Below are positions 13,219-24,924 of a DNA stretch of 64,000 bases, piece after piece. This DNA is from Iphione sp. A-MEVVRFRX5 (Eukaryota). A program made the position numbers and the translations under genes. The DNA lies in contig OZ320315.1 of the NCBI GenBank assembly GCA_976226885.1, positions 97,030,001 to 97,094,000 on the forward strand, read 5' to 3'. The notes beneath the pieces are model-generated. The model did not search any database and was not told where the DNA came from. It worked only from the letters and a program-made list of their open reading frames with translations. How positions within the stretch are numbered: the first letter of the stretch is position 1; every line of letters starts with the position of its first letter.

Positions 13219-13309
13219 TTTTCAGTGATTTTCCACTCAGCACTCGGTGCGCACGTCCTACCACCATGACGGTTAGAAAACAATCATGATGGATAGTTCA
13301 TCTATATTG

Positions 13310-13890
13310 CATGCATTTACGACCAATCTTTGAACGTATAGAAAAATGAGTAATCTGTTGCGCCAGGGGCCTCAAGGCATGCCTCAGCAACAATTACCAT
13401 GCATGGTGATGGAAACGAGTAGTTAGCTAAACCATTGTAGGTGCTAGTAAACTGTACCAACCAGCTTAAGTCAAAATGCACATGATGGGAGAACCTTGTC
13501 GGCTGCTGCAATCACCAAACCTAAATCAGCGAACATTAATTTATAGATGGCGAGTTACAAATTCTGACATCTTTTGCATTATGAAGGAACTTGTGCGACA
13601 GCCAAATGGCAAAAAAGTATCAAAATTTGTTGAAATTGCCCAGTAGGGGCAAGTCAAGAGGGCACACAGGAAAATGCCTGTATGCCCTCTTGAGATCGAT
13701 GACAGACAGATAGGGCTCACTGATAGTGATTTGTGCAACTGTTGCTACGTTCAATATCATAAATGCGACATAAAGACTATTATCAGTAGGCGGAATCAGG
13801 TCTGGCCACACGCAGACCTTGAGGATATGCTTACGGTTGACACAGACCCTCGCGATGGCGCAAAGACCGACAACATGCTCAAGGACGGTT
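13310..13890 (-). mobile_element. Ngaro-like YR retrotransposon RT/RNase H fragment
   Basis: IDLKRAYRHFPVCPLD, LPFGCRTSSFIMQK, IVAEACLEAPGATD. Confidence 0.75.
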
Positions 13891-14419
13891 AGGTTAGGTC
13901 GTCAGGATTCTGTCTCGACTGGTAACATGTAGAAAGCGTACTGTAGTATGTCGTCGACGGAGCAGATAATCGGTACGTGGCCAACGTACACGTCGCGGGG
14001 CCTCTTTCTTCGAGTATGGTGCTTTGAAAAGTACGAATTGGTAGTTTCGCCAGACTCGATAGATATGGAAATGAGGAGCGGCCATTTTGGGCTTGCGCTG
14101 AGACGGCGAAAGCTTAGATGCAAGACATTTCCAGGACTTTTTCATGTGCTTACAAGTCCTCCGTTCTTTGTCGTCAATGAGAGCCCATATTGCCTTGTCC
14201 ATCTTCTCTATACTTTGGAGAATACACGTAACATTGAGCTGTTGAGGCACAGGTGCAGGAGGCTCAATGGATGGGCCGTGCACCGATGCCGGTGCCAGCT
14301 CGGGCCCTTCGTTGACGGTAGGCTGCCTCTTGCAACCTATTTCAACCATTCCACTACGTGGTCGGAGCCAGACTGACCAGTCGTTGACCGGACCAATGAA
14401 GCCTCATGTAGGCGCCATC

Positions 14420-15780
14420 ATCATGAAGCCCCATTACTCGATTTCAGGCTTTCTCTTTGTGTAGTTGGGATGCGGAATGAAACACCGGTTTGGGCACACT
14501 GTATTTTATTACAATAAATACGGGTAAAAGACATAAAATACATCAAATAAATGCCATACGAACAATAAATTGTATATAAGACTGTATGTACAATAAATAG
14601 AGTGTATATATATCACAGGGTGGGTGGGCAGGAACGATTCGTCTGCAGCAACTGAGTGAGGGGTTGGCGCGCACTGATATATATTAAGCCATGCGCCCTC
14701 ACTCGCAATGCCCTAGCATTATCATGCCGCTCCCATTACTCGATTTTAGGCTTTCTTTGTGTAGTTGGGATGCGGAATATAACACTGGTTTGGGCACACT
14801 GTATTTTATTACAATAAATACGGGTAAAAGACATGAAATAAATAAAAAAAAATGCCAAGGGCCAAACCGGTAAGTTAGCAGATAAATTTTTGACTAGGTT
14901 AAAGGAGACTAATGAATTATCACAACGTGCTATACATTTCTGAGCTGTAGATGACTTCCAGCCCCCAAACCTCTGGATTTGACTTTCTGTGAGCCCAGTA
15001 GGAAATGCGTGTGTGGCAGCCGAGCGCCTAAGGCTATGAAGTGAATACACTGATGAATCAAAGCCTAGGTGAGATAAAATCATCCTGAACTGAGATGCAA
15101 GCCACTGTGACATGACAATGTGATAAGTATGTGCATGAGTCAGCAACGACTGTGTTGGTGACGACGTGCGGGACTCAGCCTGCATCAGGTTATAAGTTAT
15201 TACTGGACATAAGGTTGGATGGGCCGCCGTGTGAAATGTGAGCCACCTATTTTGATCATATGCCTGATAATTGTTTGCCCATTTTTGAAACCACAGGAGA
15301 CATCCCTCCCTCAGAACATCTGCCCGCGTTGGGTGTCGGGTCAGATCATATGAGTGGGGTGCCGGAGGGGCAACCTCCGACTGGCAAAGCCCCCCCATAA
15401 TACATGACCAGAATAGCGAACCGCAGCACGACACCCCCGGGGATTCTGAACGTATAATGCAATATCCTTTTAATGTCTCTGAGGGACATGTGTCTTCAGT
15501 CGACGGATGGCGTCCATTGCCAATCACACCTCGCGCGAGGCAAAAGCAGACTGGTCCCTGCAGGCGTCATCCAGGAACAGTCGAACGGCGCCAATGATGT
15601 TCGAGATGGTGCCCGGCGAGGCAAAGTGTATGTGAATATACTGGATGAAGGCCCAGGCCAGGACAGGAGACATCGCCATTGGGTCGCATGGCACCCAGAA
15701 ACAGAATGCCAGGAAGAGGACTGCAGCAGAATGGCGATTCGAGAACATGCCGCAAACTCGCGATGAGCCTCTCTGCACCT
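14420..15780 (-). mobile_element. 3' end of a Ngaro-like element: YR gene plus split direct repeats B1-A2-B2
   Basis: YR motif YSLHSLRRSAATHAF...GGWKS with the catalytic Tyr position read as Cys, followed by a duplicated terminal repeat. Confidence 0.8.
14430..14856. repeat. About 125-bp direct repeat pair (14430-14555 and 14732-14856)
   Basis: Both copies read cccattactcgattt...gtgtagttgggatgcggaat...gtttgggcacactgtattttattacaataaatacgggtaaaagacat...atgcc. Confidence 0.9.
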
Positions 15781-15784
15781 CTGA

Positions 15785-16417
15785 TTAGAGTCTCAACTGG
15801 ATGGCCTGAAAAATTGACTTTTCGTAATTAACAAAGAACCCTAGTGAAGTCAATAGTTTAATAGAAACTGAAATGTTTTCCAAACATTCATCATATGTAC
15901 GAGCAATAATCAAAATATCGTCAATATAGGACACTATGACAACGCCCTCAGATCTAAGGTAAGCCAAGGGAGGCGCCATAACTTTGGTGAACAACCTAGG
16001 TGCAGAACATAGACCAAATGGCAAAACATTATAGACATAGTATTTATCTCCAAAAGAAAAAGTCAGAAATTTCCTGTGAGAAGGATGGATAGGAATAGAG
16101 TGATAGGCGTTCTTTAGATCAATAGATGCCATAAATGAACCTTGAGTAATCAAAGGGAAGACAGATTCGAGGGTTTCCATTTTAAAATGCCTATAGTAAA
16201 TAAAAAGGTTTAATTTTGACAAATCTAGAATCATACGATAAGAGCCATTTGGTTTGGGGCGAAGAAAAATGTTTGAAAAGAAAGAATCAGCAGGCGGATC
16301 ATCAACTAAAGAAATAGATTTGGAAGCCAACAAATTATTGAGTTCTTCATTCACAAACACCATTTCTTCATCAGAAAACAGAATGGGTCTGGGCTTAAAC
16401 TTTTGGAAAAGGGGCAA
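15785..16417 (-). pseudogene. DIRS1-like reverse transcriptase (truncated)
   Basis: FFSNIFLRPKPNGSYRMILDLSKLN, HFKMETL, SIDLKNAYHSIPI, LPFGLCSAPRLFTKV, YIDDIL. The upstream AGCLCQY resembles the DIRS pre-RT AGRL motif. Confidence 0.9.
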
Positions 16418-16744
16418 AGCAAAATCTAGTTTATAACCAGAAACGGCCTGAATAACATCAGTATCCGAGGTAAGACGTTGCTACAGTGTCCTATATTGAC
16501 AAAGGCACCCAGCTTGGAATTGAGGTTTTACTTCCTCACCTGAGAAGGGGCTGTCAGCTGCTTGGACGGGGTGGCCTGGACCATCATCAGGGGCTGGGGT
16601 TGGTTTGCTTGAGATTGTTGCTGTTGTGGTTGATTCACTTGAAACAAGGGATACTGGGTATAGGGAGTATTCTGATAGTTGAACCTCCTCTTGTTGTTCC
16701 CTCTGTAATTTGGGTAATATCTTCCCCTGCCTCTGCCTCGGGGG

Positions 16745-17870
16745 ATTTTGTGTGAACTTACTTCGGTTTATCTCTGTTAACACCAATAGGCATTGTTGTT
16801 TCCAACAGTCCGAGATTTCAATTGTATTCCCCAGGCGACGCACTGTCGTAGGACTGGTCTCTTTTGCGATTTCAGTTGCTGTCGTTTCTTTGTGTGTTAC
16901 CTTTGCCTTCTGGTACTGGTAGGCTTGTTCCGCTGAACTGAAGTTCTTCCCATTGTAGTGTACCATGCATTTGTAAAGGTTTTAAATGGTGACGTGCTCC
17001 CCCCTGAACGCCAGTGTTGTCATTGTGATACAAATTTGCTTCCTCGAGAGTTACAGCTGGTGGTAAATCCCCCTGAATTGCTCGGTGAGTACTCTACCCC
17101 ATCGATTGTTAGGCTAATCCCATGTTTTGTGATAGTTAGTAGATTCTTGTAATCTGCTAAATGACGTAGTGGTATGTCCTCTTGCAGAAAGATATTTTTA
17201 TATTTCCTTGATTTCATTAGGACAAATCTGGCATTGTATGCCACATCTCATGCCCATTTGCATTTAAAGGACAGACGCTCCTTGGTTTCTCGTTTCTCCT
17301 TCCTATCCTTCTTACAGTCGACACTTCGTCATCATCCAGTGCTTCATCAATTCGACTCATTATGTCCCCAACTTCATCAAACAGATTTTCATTCTCATTT
17401 TCAGGTAATCCACGCACTATAAGATTTCTGTCGTTCCAGTAACTCATCCGTTGTATTCTCAACATTGTTTTCAGCGAAATCCTCATTTGTTGTCTCTGGT
17501 ATTGTTTTTAGTATCTCAATCGATTCCTCCACTTTGTGCAGTTTCTTTTCGACTGCCCCTTCGAGCTTATCGAGTCCTTGCTGGTAGTTATCCTGTTGTC
17601 CGGATATCATTTTCTCCAGCCTGTCGAGCCTAATACACAGGTTGTCCAATGTTTCAAGTATTTTGTTTAGTATGGCGTCTACTGCATTTGCCTTTCCATG
17701 CTCAGTTACCTTGTCCTCAATGGCAGTTATTTTTCCCAGTAGAGCAGTTGAGTAGTCATGTTGATTTCTTACCAGTTGTAATATTTCTGTTGCGTCTTTA
17801 CTGTCCTGGGGTACCGTGCGTACCCCTTGAAATTCTTCACCGGCTGTGCCCCCTCCACTCCGGTCAAGGG
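16745..17870 (-). pseudogene. LINE ORF1 (coiled coil, RRM, N-terminal half of NADAR), decayed
   Basis: NLIVRGLPENENE...VRRIGR...PRSV; IFLQEDIP; YNGKNFSSAEQAYQYQKA...VRRLGN...W...SKFTQNP. Confidence 0.75.
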
Positions 17871-18068
17871 TGAGCGATGATTCGTTTATGCGAATGCATA
17901 AACATCATCAGAACTTAACCACTCATTATTGGAAGGTATTGGAAGGCCTTAGGTTCCTCTTCCTGACAGTAGTCACAATATCAGGTTGCATCAGTATCAG
18001 TTGAAGTATACATCTCACTATCTAGCTCTAGGCTATCACCATGTTGCCTAACACTCACGTCAGGAAAG

Positions 18069-19650
18069 TTATCTCTGACATGCCAAATCATTCCTCGCGA
18101 CGTTGTGTATATCAAATAGTAAGATAATGGCATGCCATAGCTTCATCAAAAAGGGATCGGTACTCCTCGTCAACGGGATGGTCAGCATGGCCTTACATGT
18201 TATACCTAACCATGTGACTTGTGTAGCAGGTCCCTGGAGCAGCTTCTTGTTAACTGTGAGCCCCAGTACCCTCCATGAAGCAGTGTGTGTCACTCATCTG
18301 TCGGTGGGCGTAGTGGCTGTCTGGGCGAATATGAGATCGTCGAGGTACATGAAGCACTAGATGCCTCGTGCCTGCAGCTGCCTCGTGACAAACTCGACGA
18401 CCTTCTGCATTGCGAAGGCGGTGAGTCGGGCACCAGACGGAAGGGCGGTGTCGATGTAGAACACCCCGTCGACTTGTAGGCAAAGCAGTGGCCAGTCGGT
18501 GGGGTATAGTGGGAAATGCTGATACGCCCGCTTGAGGTCAATGATGGAGAGGTAGGCTGGGGTTGGAGCATGTTTAACCACACTAAGTCACCGACCGTAT
18601 GCAGGCTGTCAGAGCGGTTAGCGCCGTACATGTATCCTTTCTGGACAAAAGCATTTACTGCCACTCGTTGAGGGTAAGACAAGTCGACTATGATCCTGCA
18701 TGAACCGTTAAACTTCGGTCGAGTCATGAGGGGGGCCGCACATCACCATTCCTCGAAGGGGGGTTTCGGTCAAAGGGGCCGATGATCGTCCCCATCCGAA
18801 GCTCGTCTCCAATGTATTGACTCACAGCTTGTGGTTCAAGGTCGGTGTTAGGGTATTGGTGACCCAGGGGCTACGGCTATGTGCCAGCCCAATTCTGCAG
18901 TTGAGGCTCCACCCTCGTGCATGGTTCAGGGGGGGTTTGAAGAGAAGAAGTGATGTGGGGGACAGCGAGAGGGGGACAGGCAGAGGAGGTCGTTTGGTCC
19001 TCCGTCCACCTGGGGTTGCTGCTGGGTGCCAAGCTCATTCCCAGAAGTGCAGTCCGGTTGGACAGACCTTAGGGGTGAGTCAGACAACCAGGCTGTACCC
19101 TGGTGGTGGGAGGTTCTGTTTGGTGTTTTGTGGGCAGTGGTAAAGTGGCTTCACTCCTATCCAACATCAGGGTCTGCTCATCCATCGATGAGGGCTTTGT
19201 TGAATTCGTAGAACTCTTCCAGTCTGAAGAGTTCTACTGGGCCTTCCTCTTGGGCACTCTTTCAATAGGGGCATGGATCATCTCCTGGCAGTTGGTCGAG
19301 ATGTGCGGGATCAAGAAAGTTTCCCCGCATATGCAAGGCTGGTAGTCTGGTAGATCTACCGGTCTGCGGTATCCCAGCCTTAGTCAATTTACTGCGGTCT
19401 GGATGCCTCTTCGGACGCTCAGTCTGGGGGGAGGGCAGGTCTTTGTAAGCAGCCGATGCCACTCCCAGCTACGCAATGGTCTCACTGAGTCCAGTCTAGA
19501 TCTCCATTGCTCCATGGCTGCTCTCTTCTTGTGGGAATGCCCTGGCCAAGGGGTAGCTGTTGATGTGTGGACGGTTGATGGGCTACAAGGGGGTCATCGG
19601 GATGACCGGTCACAACCCGGTCCCAAGCGTCGTGCCGTAGAGAGGAGGGG
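18069..19650 (-). mobile_element. Ngaro-like YR element fragment (pre-RT region and RT)
   Basis: MTRPKFNGSCRIIVDLSYP, IDLKRAYQHFPLYPTDWPLL, LPSGARLTAFAMQK, VTWLGI. Confidence 0.75.
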
Positions 19651-19656
19651 AGGGGG

Positions 19657-20060
19657 ATTACCGACTAGGACACAGTGTGGGGATAATCACAATTAATTTC
19701 TGAGCAAACATCACAGTATTGCAGCAAATGACTTCGATAAAAAGCAATATAAAAACAATAAACATATATGATAAAATAATAGTACACAGCCCTACTTAAT
19801 CGTCATCAAACGTTGAAATGATATGAGGTCGAAGAAAAAAGTCATGTCTACAGAAGGTAGGGTGGGCGGGTGGCAAGTTCCTTGAGGGTGCAGGTCGAAG
19901 TGGCCAGTCTGTGACTTCACTGCGCCCTCGGCAATGAGCGCCAATTATACCTTCGTCCAATCGGCAACCATTACCGACTAGGACACAGTGTGGGGATAAT
20001 CACAATTTATTTCTGAGCAAACATCACAGTATTGCAGCAAATAACTTCGATAAAAAGCAA
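19657..20060. repeat. 91-bp direct repeat pair (19657-19747 and 19970-20060), 2 mismatches
   Basis: attaccgactaggacacagtgtggggataatcacaatt...ttcgataaaaagcaa occurs twice. Confidence 0.95.
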
Positions 20061-20649
20061 GCCAATCCCCTCTAGTCATCACCTCGCGGAGAGAGTCCCC
20101 CTGAGCAAGGGCAGCCTGCGCCCCACCCCGACGAAGGGTGTGGAGTGTTGGGTAGGGGGGTGCCACACCCGCCTGCTCAATTGCGGCACGCTAGACATGC
20201 CGGGCGACCGTCGCCGGCACAGGGACCGACTCACCAGGGAAAGTACATACCGCGTCAACTAACGCTATGTCGGGAACTCAATGGCCCGACGGGGAGTAAG
20301 GAGTCCCGGAACATCAATCGGCCCCATAGCCACCTGCTCGGCGCTGCCCAGGGGTCTAGTTTTTGACCAACGCGTAGTCACGCTGAGCTGGTTGCCGGCT
20401 ATCCTGACGTCTCCTTTGCACGTCGAACGCCGCAATCGATGGAGGGAACACATTAGACTGTCGTAGGTGGAGAAGGAACATCAGCATTACGCCCGGCACG
20501 ACCGTGGCCCCCAGCGGCGTAGTAGACATCGCCCTAAGTATAGCCTCGACGTCGCTAGTGGTGACTACTGGGCGCTGCGGGGGAGGCCGTGGAATGCGAG
20601 CAATGGCTGCCATTGCATTGGCCACGATCTTGCGGTTCCATGGAGACAC
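19657..20649 (-). mobile_element. 3' end of a Ngaro-like element: YR C-terminal part plus B1-A2-B2 repeats
   Basis: LMFLLHLRQSNV (first catalytic Arg) and TLHTLRRGGAQAA...RGDW. A 91-bp direct repeat follows. Confidence 0.8.
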
Positions 20650-21416
20650 ATTGAATTGAATTGAATTGAAAATGCTTTATTCGCATCTCTGGTTACAAAA
20701 AGCAACATGAGGTCTTCCAGTGACATGATCAGTATTACAAAATAACAGACAAGAGAGGTAATTATAATAACTGAACAAGCAAATTAAGAGTAAGCAGTTA
20801 CAAACACAAAAATTAGCTGTACATTGTTTGCCACTTTAGTGATTCTGAGCATTCAAGAAGCGGTCCTTGCTGTTTCGAGTCAAAACGATGTTACATTGTA
20901 TATGAATTCACATCATTAATTGCACTACCATGCAATAAGAGGCGATGTCATCTTAATTTTCCTTTTAAATTTGGTGTAGTTGGACTGGTGTTAGACTGTT
21001 CCCTATTTTTACAGCCTGGTACCAACTGCTTTTCTTACACTTGGTCATGGTTGGCCTGTAGAGAGGAAGATTGGGGCCTAGACTTCTCCTCGTCCTCTTT
21101 CTAGAAACCTCAAAATTGCATAATTTCAAGTGAACCATTCTGTGAACCAGTAGGATACCCTGAGTCTTGCCTCTGTCTTCCAGACTCTTTAGTTTCAAGT
21201 CCCGCCGAAGGTTTTTGGCTGTTTTTATGGCCTTCCTTTTACAAAGCACTACCCTCTTCAATAGATTATTGTATTCAATTTGCAGGTTAGACATTAATCC
21301 ACCACTGGCGGCAGCCAAATGGCATAGACCATATTTGAATATGGGATCAATGAATGATTTGAAGATTTTTACTCTTTAAACTGAAGTAAACATGTTAATT
21401 TAGAAATACCGAAGGA

Positions 21417-23090
21417 TCATTGTCTCGCCACAGTCCTGATGTGTTTGGCCTGGGCAGTCCACTTAAGATCAGAGTCAAGCCTGAAGCCTAAGAAATTCGA
21501 AACATCATTTTTATGTAGGGTCTGGCCATTGAGCTGTAAGTCAAGATCTAAATTTGGTCCATGACCGAAGACCATGTAGTTGCTTTTGGACGGATTTATC
21601 ACCAGTCCTACTGATTTACACCATCGGGACACATCAGTCAGGCCTCTCTGTAATTTTAGCCTCAAGGTCATTAGGTTAGTTGCGGACACATACACGATGA
21701 TGTCGTCCGCATACATGATGACCTTAGTAATAGCCATATGAAGTGGCAGGGAGTTCATAACCACGGAGAACAGGAGGGGACCTAAGTGGCTGCCTTGAGG
21801 CACCCCCTGGTCAACTGGCAAAACGGTAGAGTCACTACTATTGCATCTTACGAATTGACACCTACCTTTCAGATATGATACAATCCAGCTTGTCGTACGC
21901 ATGGACATGTTAAGCCTACTGAGACATTTAACAAGAAGATCGTGATTAATTATGTCAAAGGCTGATGTAAGGTCAAGAAAGACAGTACCAAAGTGGTTAT
22001 GTCTATTTAACGATTCATAGCATTCCTTCATTAGTTGATCGACCGCTGTGGATGTACCTCTGTGCGGTCTGAACCCGTGCTGCTCCCGTGTTAGTAGAGA
22101 CGATCGTTCTAGATATTCAGACATCTTACGTTGGACATGCCATTCGACTAACTTTCCCATACCATGTATGATTGAAACCGGATGATAATTTTCCTTCGAT
22201 TCTGCTGGCTTCTTTTTAAGGATTGGTCTAACACGTGATGTTTTCCAACACTGGAGAAAGTTGGCACTTAGAATGGAGACATTGATTATTGTTAAGATCA
22301 GCAGTAGGTTAGTCAGTATAGTGTCCTGAAACACTCTCATCGGTACTTGCATGATACCACTAGGTTTCCTATCACTCAGCCTTCTCACTGCCACACGTAG
22401 ATCTTCTGCCCTCATGGTAGGTATGTGCCACCCCATGCGATTCCCTGCAATTTGCTCGGAGACGATTGAAGACTTCGCCGAGTTTGCTATGTTACTTGCT
22501 TTGCTAGTGAACCACTCATTCAGACGTGTCGCAACGTTGTTGCCTGTTATCTGTTCCCCATTATCAACAAGATTAATGGGTTTTTCAACATGTTTTCCTT
22601 TTCCTATGTCAGCATTTATCACATCCCAGTATTCCCTAGCATTAGAACACCTATCTAGCTTTTCTTTATAGTAGTTGCGTTTTGCATTTTTTACAAGATT
22701 TTTTACCATCTGTCGATAGAATTTCCCTATCCTGTATGCGTCTAAGTCACCGTCTTTACGATGCTTGTTGAAGAAATAGTTTCGGTTTTTGATCGCTTCA
22801 ATGATTGCAGGGGTAACCCATTCATTTTGTTTTCTAACTTTGTACCTTTTAATTGGGCATAGATCAACAGCACCTGCACGCATTACCTCCTCAACTGTTT
22901 CCCATACTTGGTCAATGTTTTCATTCGATACTACAGGAAGATCTTGGATCACAGGAAGAACATGATCCCTTAACGCCAATCTGCTGTAATTTCGATAGGA
23001 CCTTGCTTCATATTCTAGTGTGCAATATTTTTGACGACCCTTCTTGTTTCTCAGGAAAACCGGGTGGTGGTCACTGGCAGCATTACTCAT
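21417..23090 (-). CDS. LINE reverse transcriptase (long open remnant)
   Basis: 557-aa ORF with QHGFRP, DLTSAFD, GVPQGSHLGPLLF, YADD, FLGFRLD. Confidence 0.9.
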   Translation of the reverse strand: MSNAASDHHPVFLRNKKGRQKYCTLEYEARSYRNYSRLALRDHVLPVIQDLPVVSNENIDQVWETVEEVMRAGAVDLCPIKRYKVRKQNEWVTPAIIEAIKNRNYFFNKHRKDGDLDAYRIGKFYRQMVKNLVKNAKRNYYKEKLDRCSNAREYWDVINADIGKGKHVEKPINLVDNGEQITGNNVATRLNEWFTSKASNIANSAKSSIVSEQIAGNRMGWHIPTMRAEDLRVAVRRLSDRKPSGIMQVPMRVFQDTILTNLLLILTIINVSILSANFLQCWKTSRVRPILKKKPAESKENYHPVSIIHGMGKLVEWHVQRKMSEYLERSSLLTREQHGFRPHRGTSTAVDQLMKECYESLNRHNHFGTVFLDLTSAFDIINHDLLVKCLSRLNMSMRTTSWIVSYLKGRCQFVRCNSSDSTVLPVDQGVPQGSHLGPLLFSVVMNSLPLHMAITKVIMYADDIIVYVSATNLMTLRLKLQRGLTDVSRWCKSVGLVINPSKSNYMVFGHGPNLDLDLQLNGQTLHKNDVSNFLGFRLDSDLKWTAQAKHIRTVARQ

Positions 23091-24299
23091 TATACCTGAC
23101 TCAGCTATAAAACGCGTTTTGTGAACATTAGATCAATGCAAGATTTTGATGTCTTATGGATTAGTGTTTGAGCTGTGATGTACTGTCGCATGCCATATAG
23201 TTTAATACAGTGATCGATTTCAACCTTTCCCGTTGAGTCACTAAGCCAATTAATATTGAAATCCCCAGCAACAATTATGTCAATGCCCTTCCCTACAGAC
23301 TGTAAGCAAGTGTTTAAATAATCACGAAGAATATTGATGTTAACTGGTGGTATGCAATAGCAACAGCAGAACAATAGCGGTTTCCTGTTATTACACCTTA
23401 ACTCAAGCCACATGGCTTCAATGTGTTCTGTTTGTATGTCCAAGTTAGTAACCCTACGACTACCGGATTGTCCTGGACTGTCATTGATATTATCTCATGC
23501 AGTTTGGGGAATAGACTTCTTATGTTCCAGGTAACAAAAGTACGGCCCTTCGTTGATATCATGATTGGAGCAGTGTTTATTGCCAAAAAGTAAGAGATAG
23601 TTCTCTAGATTATAGGATAAGTGATAGGTAATCCCCTACGTTGCAGGCCCAGTTGTAAATGACGTGGTGGTTGCTGAAGTCGCCTGAGTCCAATTTTTCT
23701 GGCCAGAAGATCACCATGGAGTCCACGAATTTGTGAACTGGCCAAGACGTTTCTGGAGTAGACAAGCTGGCCATTAGATTCATCTCTTTCACCGCTAGGT
23801 TGTAGTGCAGGATCTGAGCATTCAGCAGAGACTGCTCAGCCGATCCCGCCCCATTCAGTAACACACCGTGTATTGGTAGAAACAGAACCCTCTGTCCTAT
23901 AACATTGACGAAGTGTTCTGATATTGCTGATAGATGGGTCATCACGGTCAGGTCCGGGTCCTCATCCTCATCCTCTCTCAGCATCCAACGCTCCTCATCG
24001 GTCGTGACAAAAGAGTGTAGTCCCAGTCTTAGCACTGTAAGACTGAATGGCCCAGCCCCCACTGAAGCGATGTTTTCTGCAACTTCTCGGAGCGTTACAC
24101 CAGTGTAGACGTGAGTAGATATGAAGAATCTCGTAAGTAACCCTCTTGAATGTGATAGGCCAGCTCAGCTCCGGTCTCATCAGTCAGAAAACGTACAGTG
24201 TGATTCATACCTGTGAGGTTCCAACAGAGAGCAGTTTTCAACGAACAGTCTTACCAGTCACAAGATTAATTGTTGTCTAGCAGGCAGCCCACTTTATCT

Positions 24300-24903
24300 A
24301 CACAGTTCATCCCTCAAGCGCATAAGAGCTATGCCTACTTTGTTATTGCCGTGATGATCACTACCATAGTCACATGATTCCCATAGATTTGTCCCCGAGC
24401 CTATTTCAGTGTCATAGGTTGATTCAACCAGATAGTTTGTCGCTTCGTTGCAAGTAGTCAATTAGGCTCAGATTCTGTTTGAACTTACTTTCGGTGATGT
24501 CTTGCAAGATTCGCTGACTTTTCTCCTCCCAGTCATCACTCGGTGTCACGGTATTTCTAAGGTGCCTGATCCTGGTAGGGTTATGTTCAGTGATTATTTC
24601 TTCTGCCAGCTTACTTGCATGTGCCGACAGGGCCTTCTGGTGCTGGTACGCTTGTTCCGCGGAACTGTAAGTCGTGTCCTGGTATTTTACTTGACATTTG
24701 AATAGATTTGAAATAGACACGTGTTCACCCCTGAACGAGAGTGTATGGTTGTTGTGGGAGCTGTTTGCTTCCTCCAACGACAATTCGGCCGGTAGTTCGC
24801 TCAGATTGTCATGGGTGTATGTAACGCCATCCACTAATACCTTAATCCCTCTGACACCTGCTCGATGTCCGAACTCACGTGCATGGCATGCTACTGTTTG
24901 CAA
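24300..24903 (-). pseudogene. ORF1 C-terminus with NADAR domain (one frameshift)
   Basis: SFRGEHVSISNL...YSSAEQAYQHQKA...W...SKFKQN. After the frameshift the manual translation reads VESTYDTEIGSG...HGNNKVGIALMRLRDEL. Confidence 0.8.
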
Positions 24904-24924
24904 ATCTGCAAATGTTGTGGAATA

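Larger units (their letters stand above)
7805..13284 (-). mobile_element. Near-complete NADAR-LINE copy 1 (ORF1-NADAR, SGNH-like ORF, APE-RT)
   Basis: Colinear ORF1 (11734..13218), ORF-X (about 10950-11558), APE (10253-10809) and RT (8376-10201). The 3' end is AATAAA + (GAACTTT)n at 7805-7830. The 5' boundary is inferred. Confidence 0.85.
20650..24920 (-). mobile_element. NADAR-LINE copy 3, 5'-truncated within ORF1
   Basis: NADAR 24300-24750, ORF-X 23610-24210, APE 23105-23586, RT 21417..23090. The 3' end is AATAAA + (TTCAA)n at about 20650-20680. Confidence 0.85.

Noticed and set aside
13894-14400. ORFs 13894..14349 and 13902..14123 as a distinct gene
   Set aside because: There is only a weak RRM-like hint (DVYVGHVP) and no consistent frame. 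It is probably a TE ORF1 remnant but cannot be assigned.
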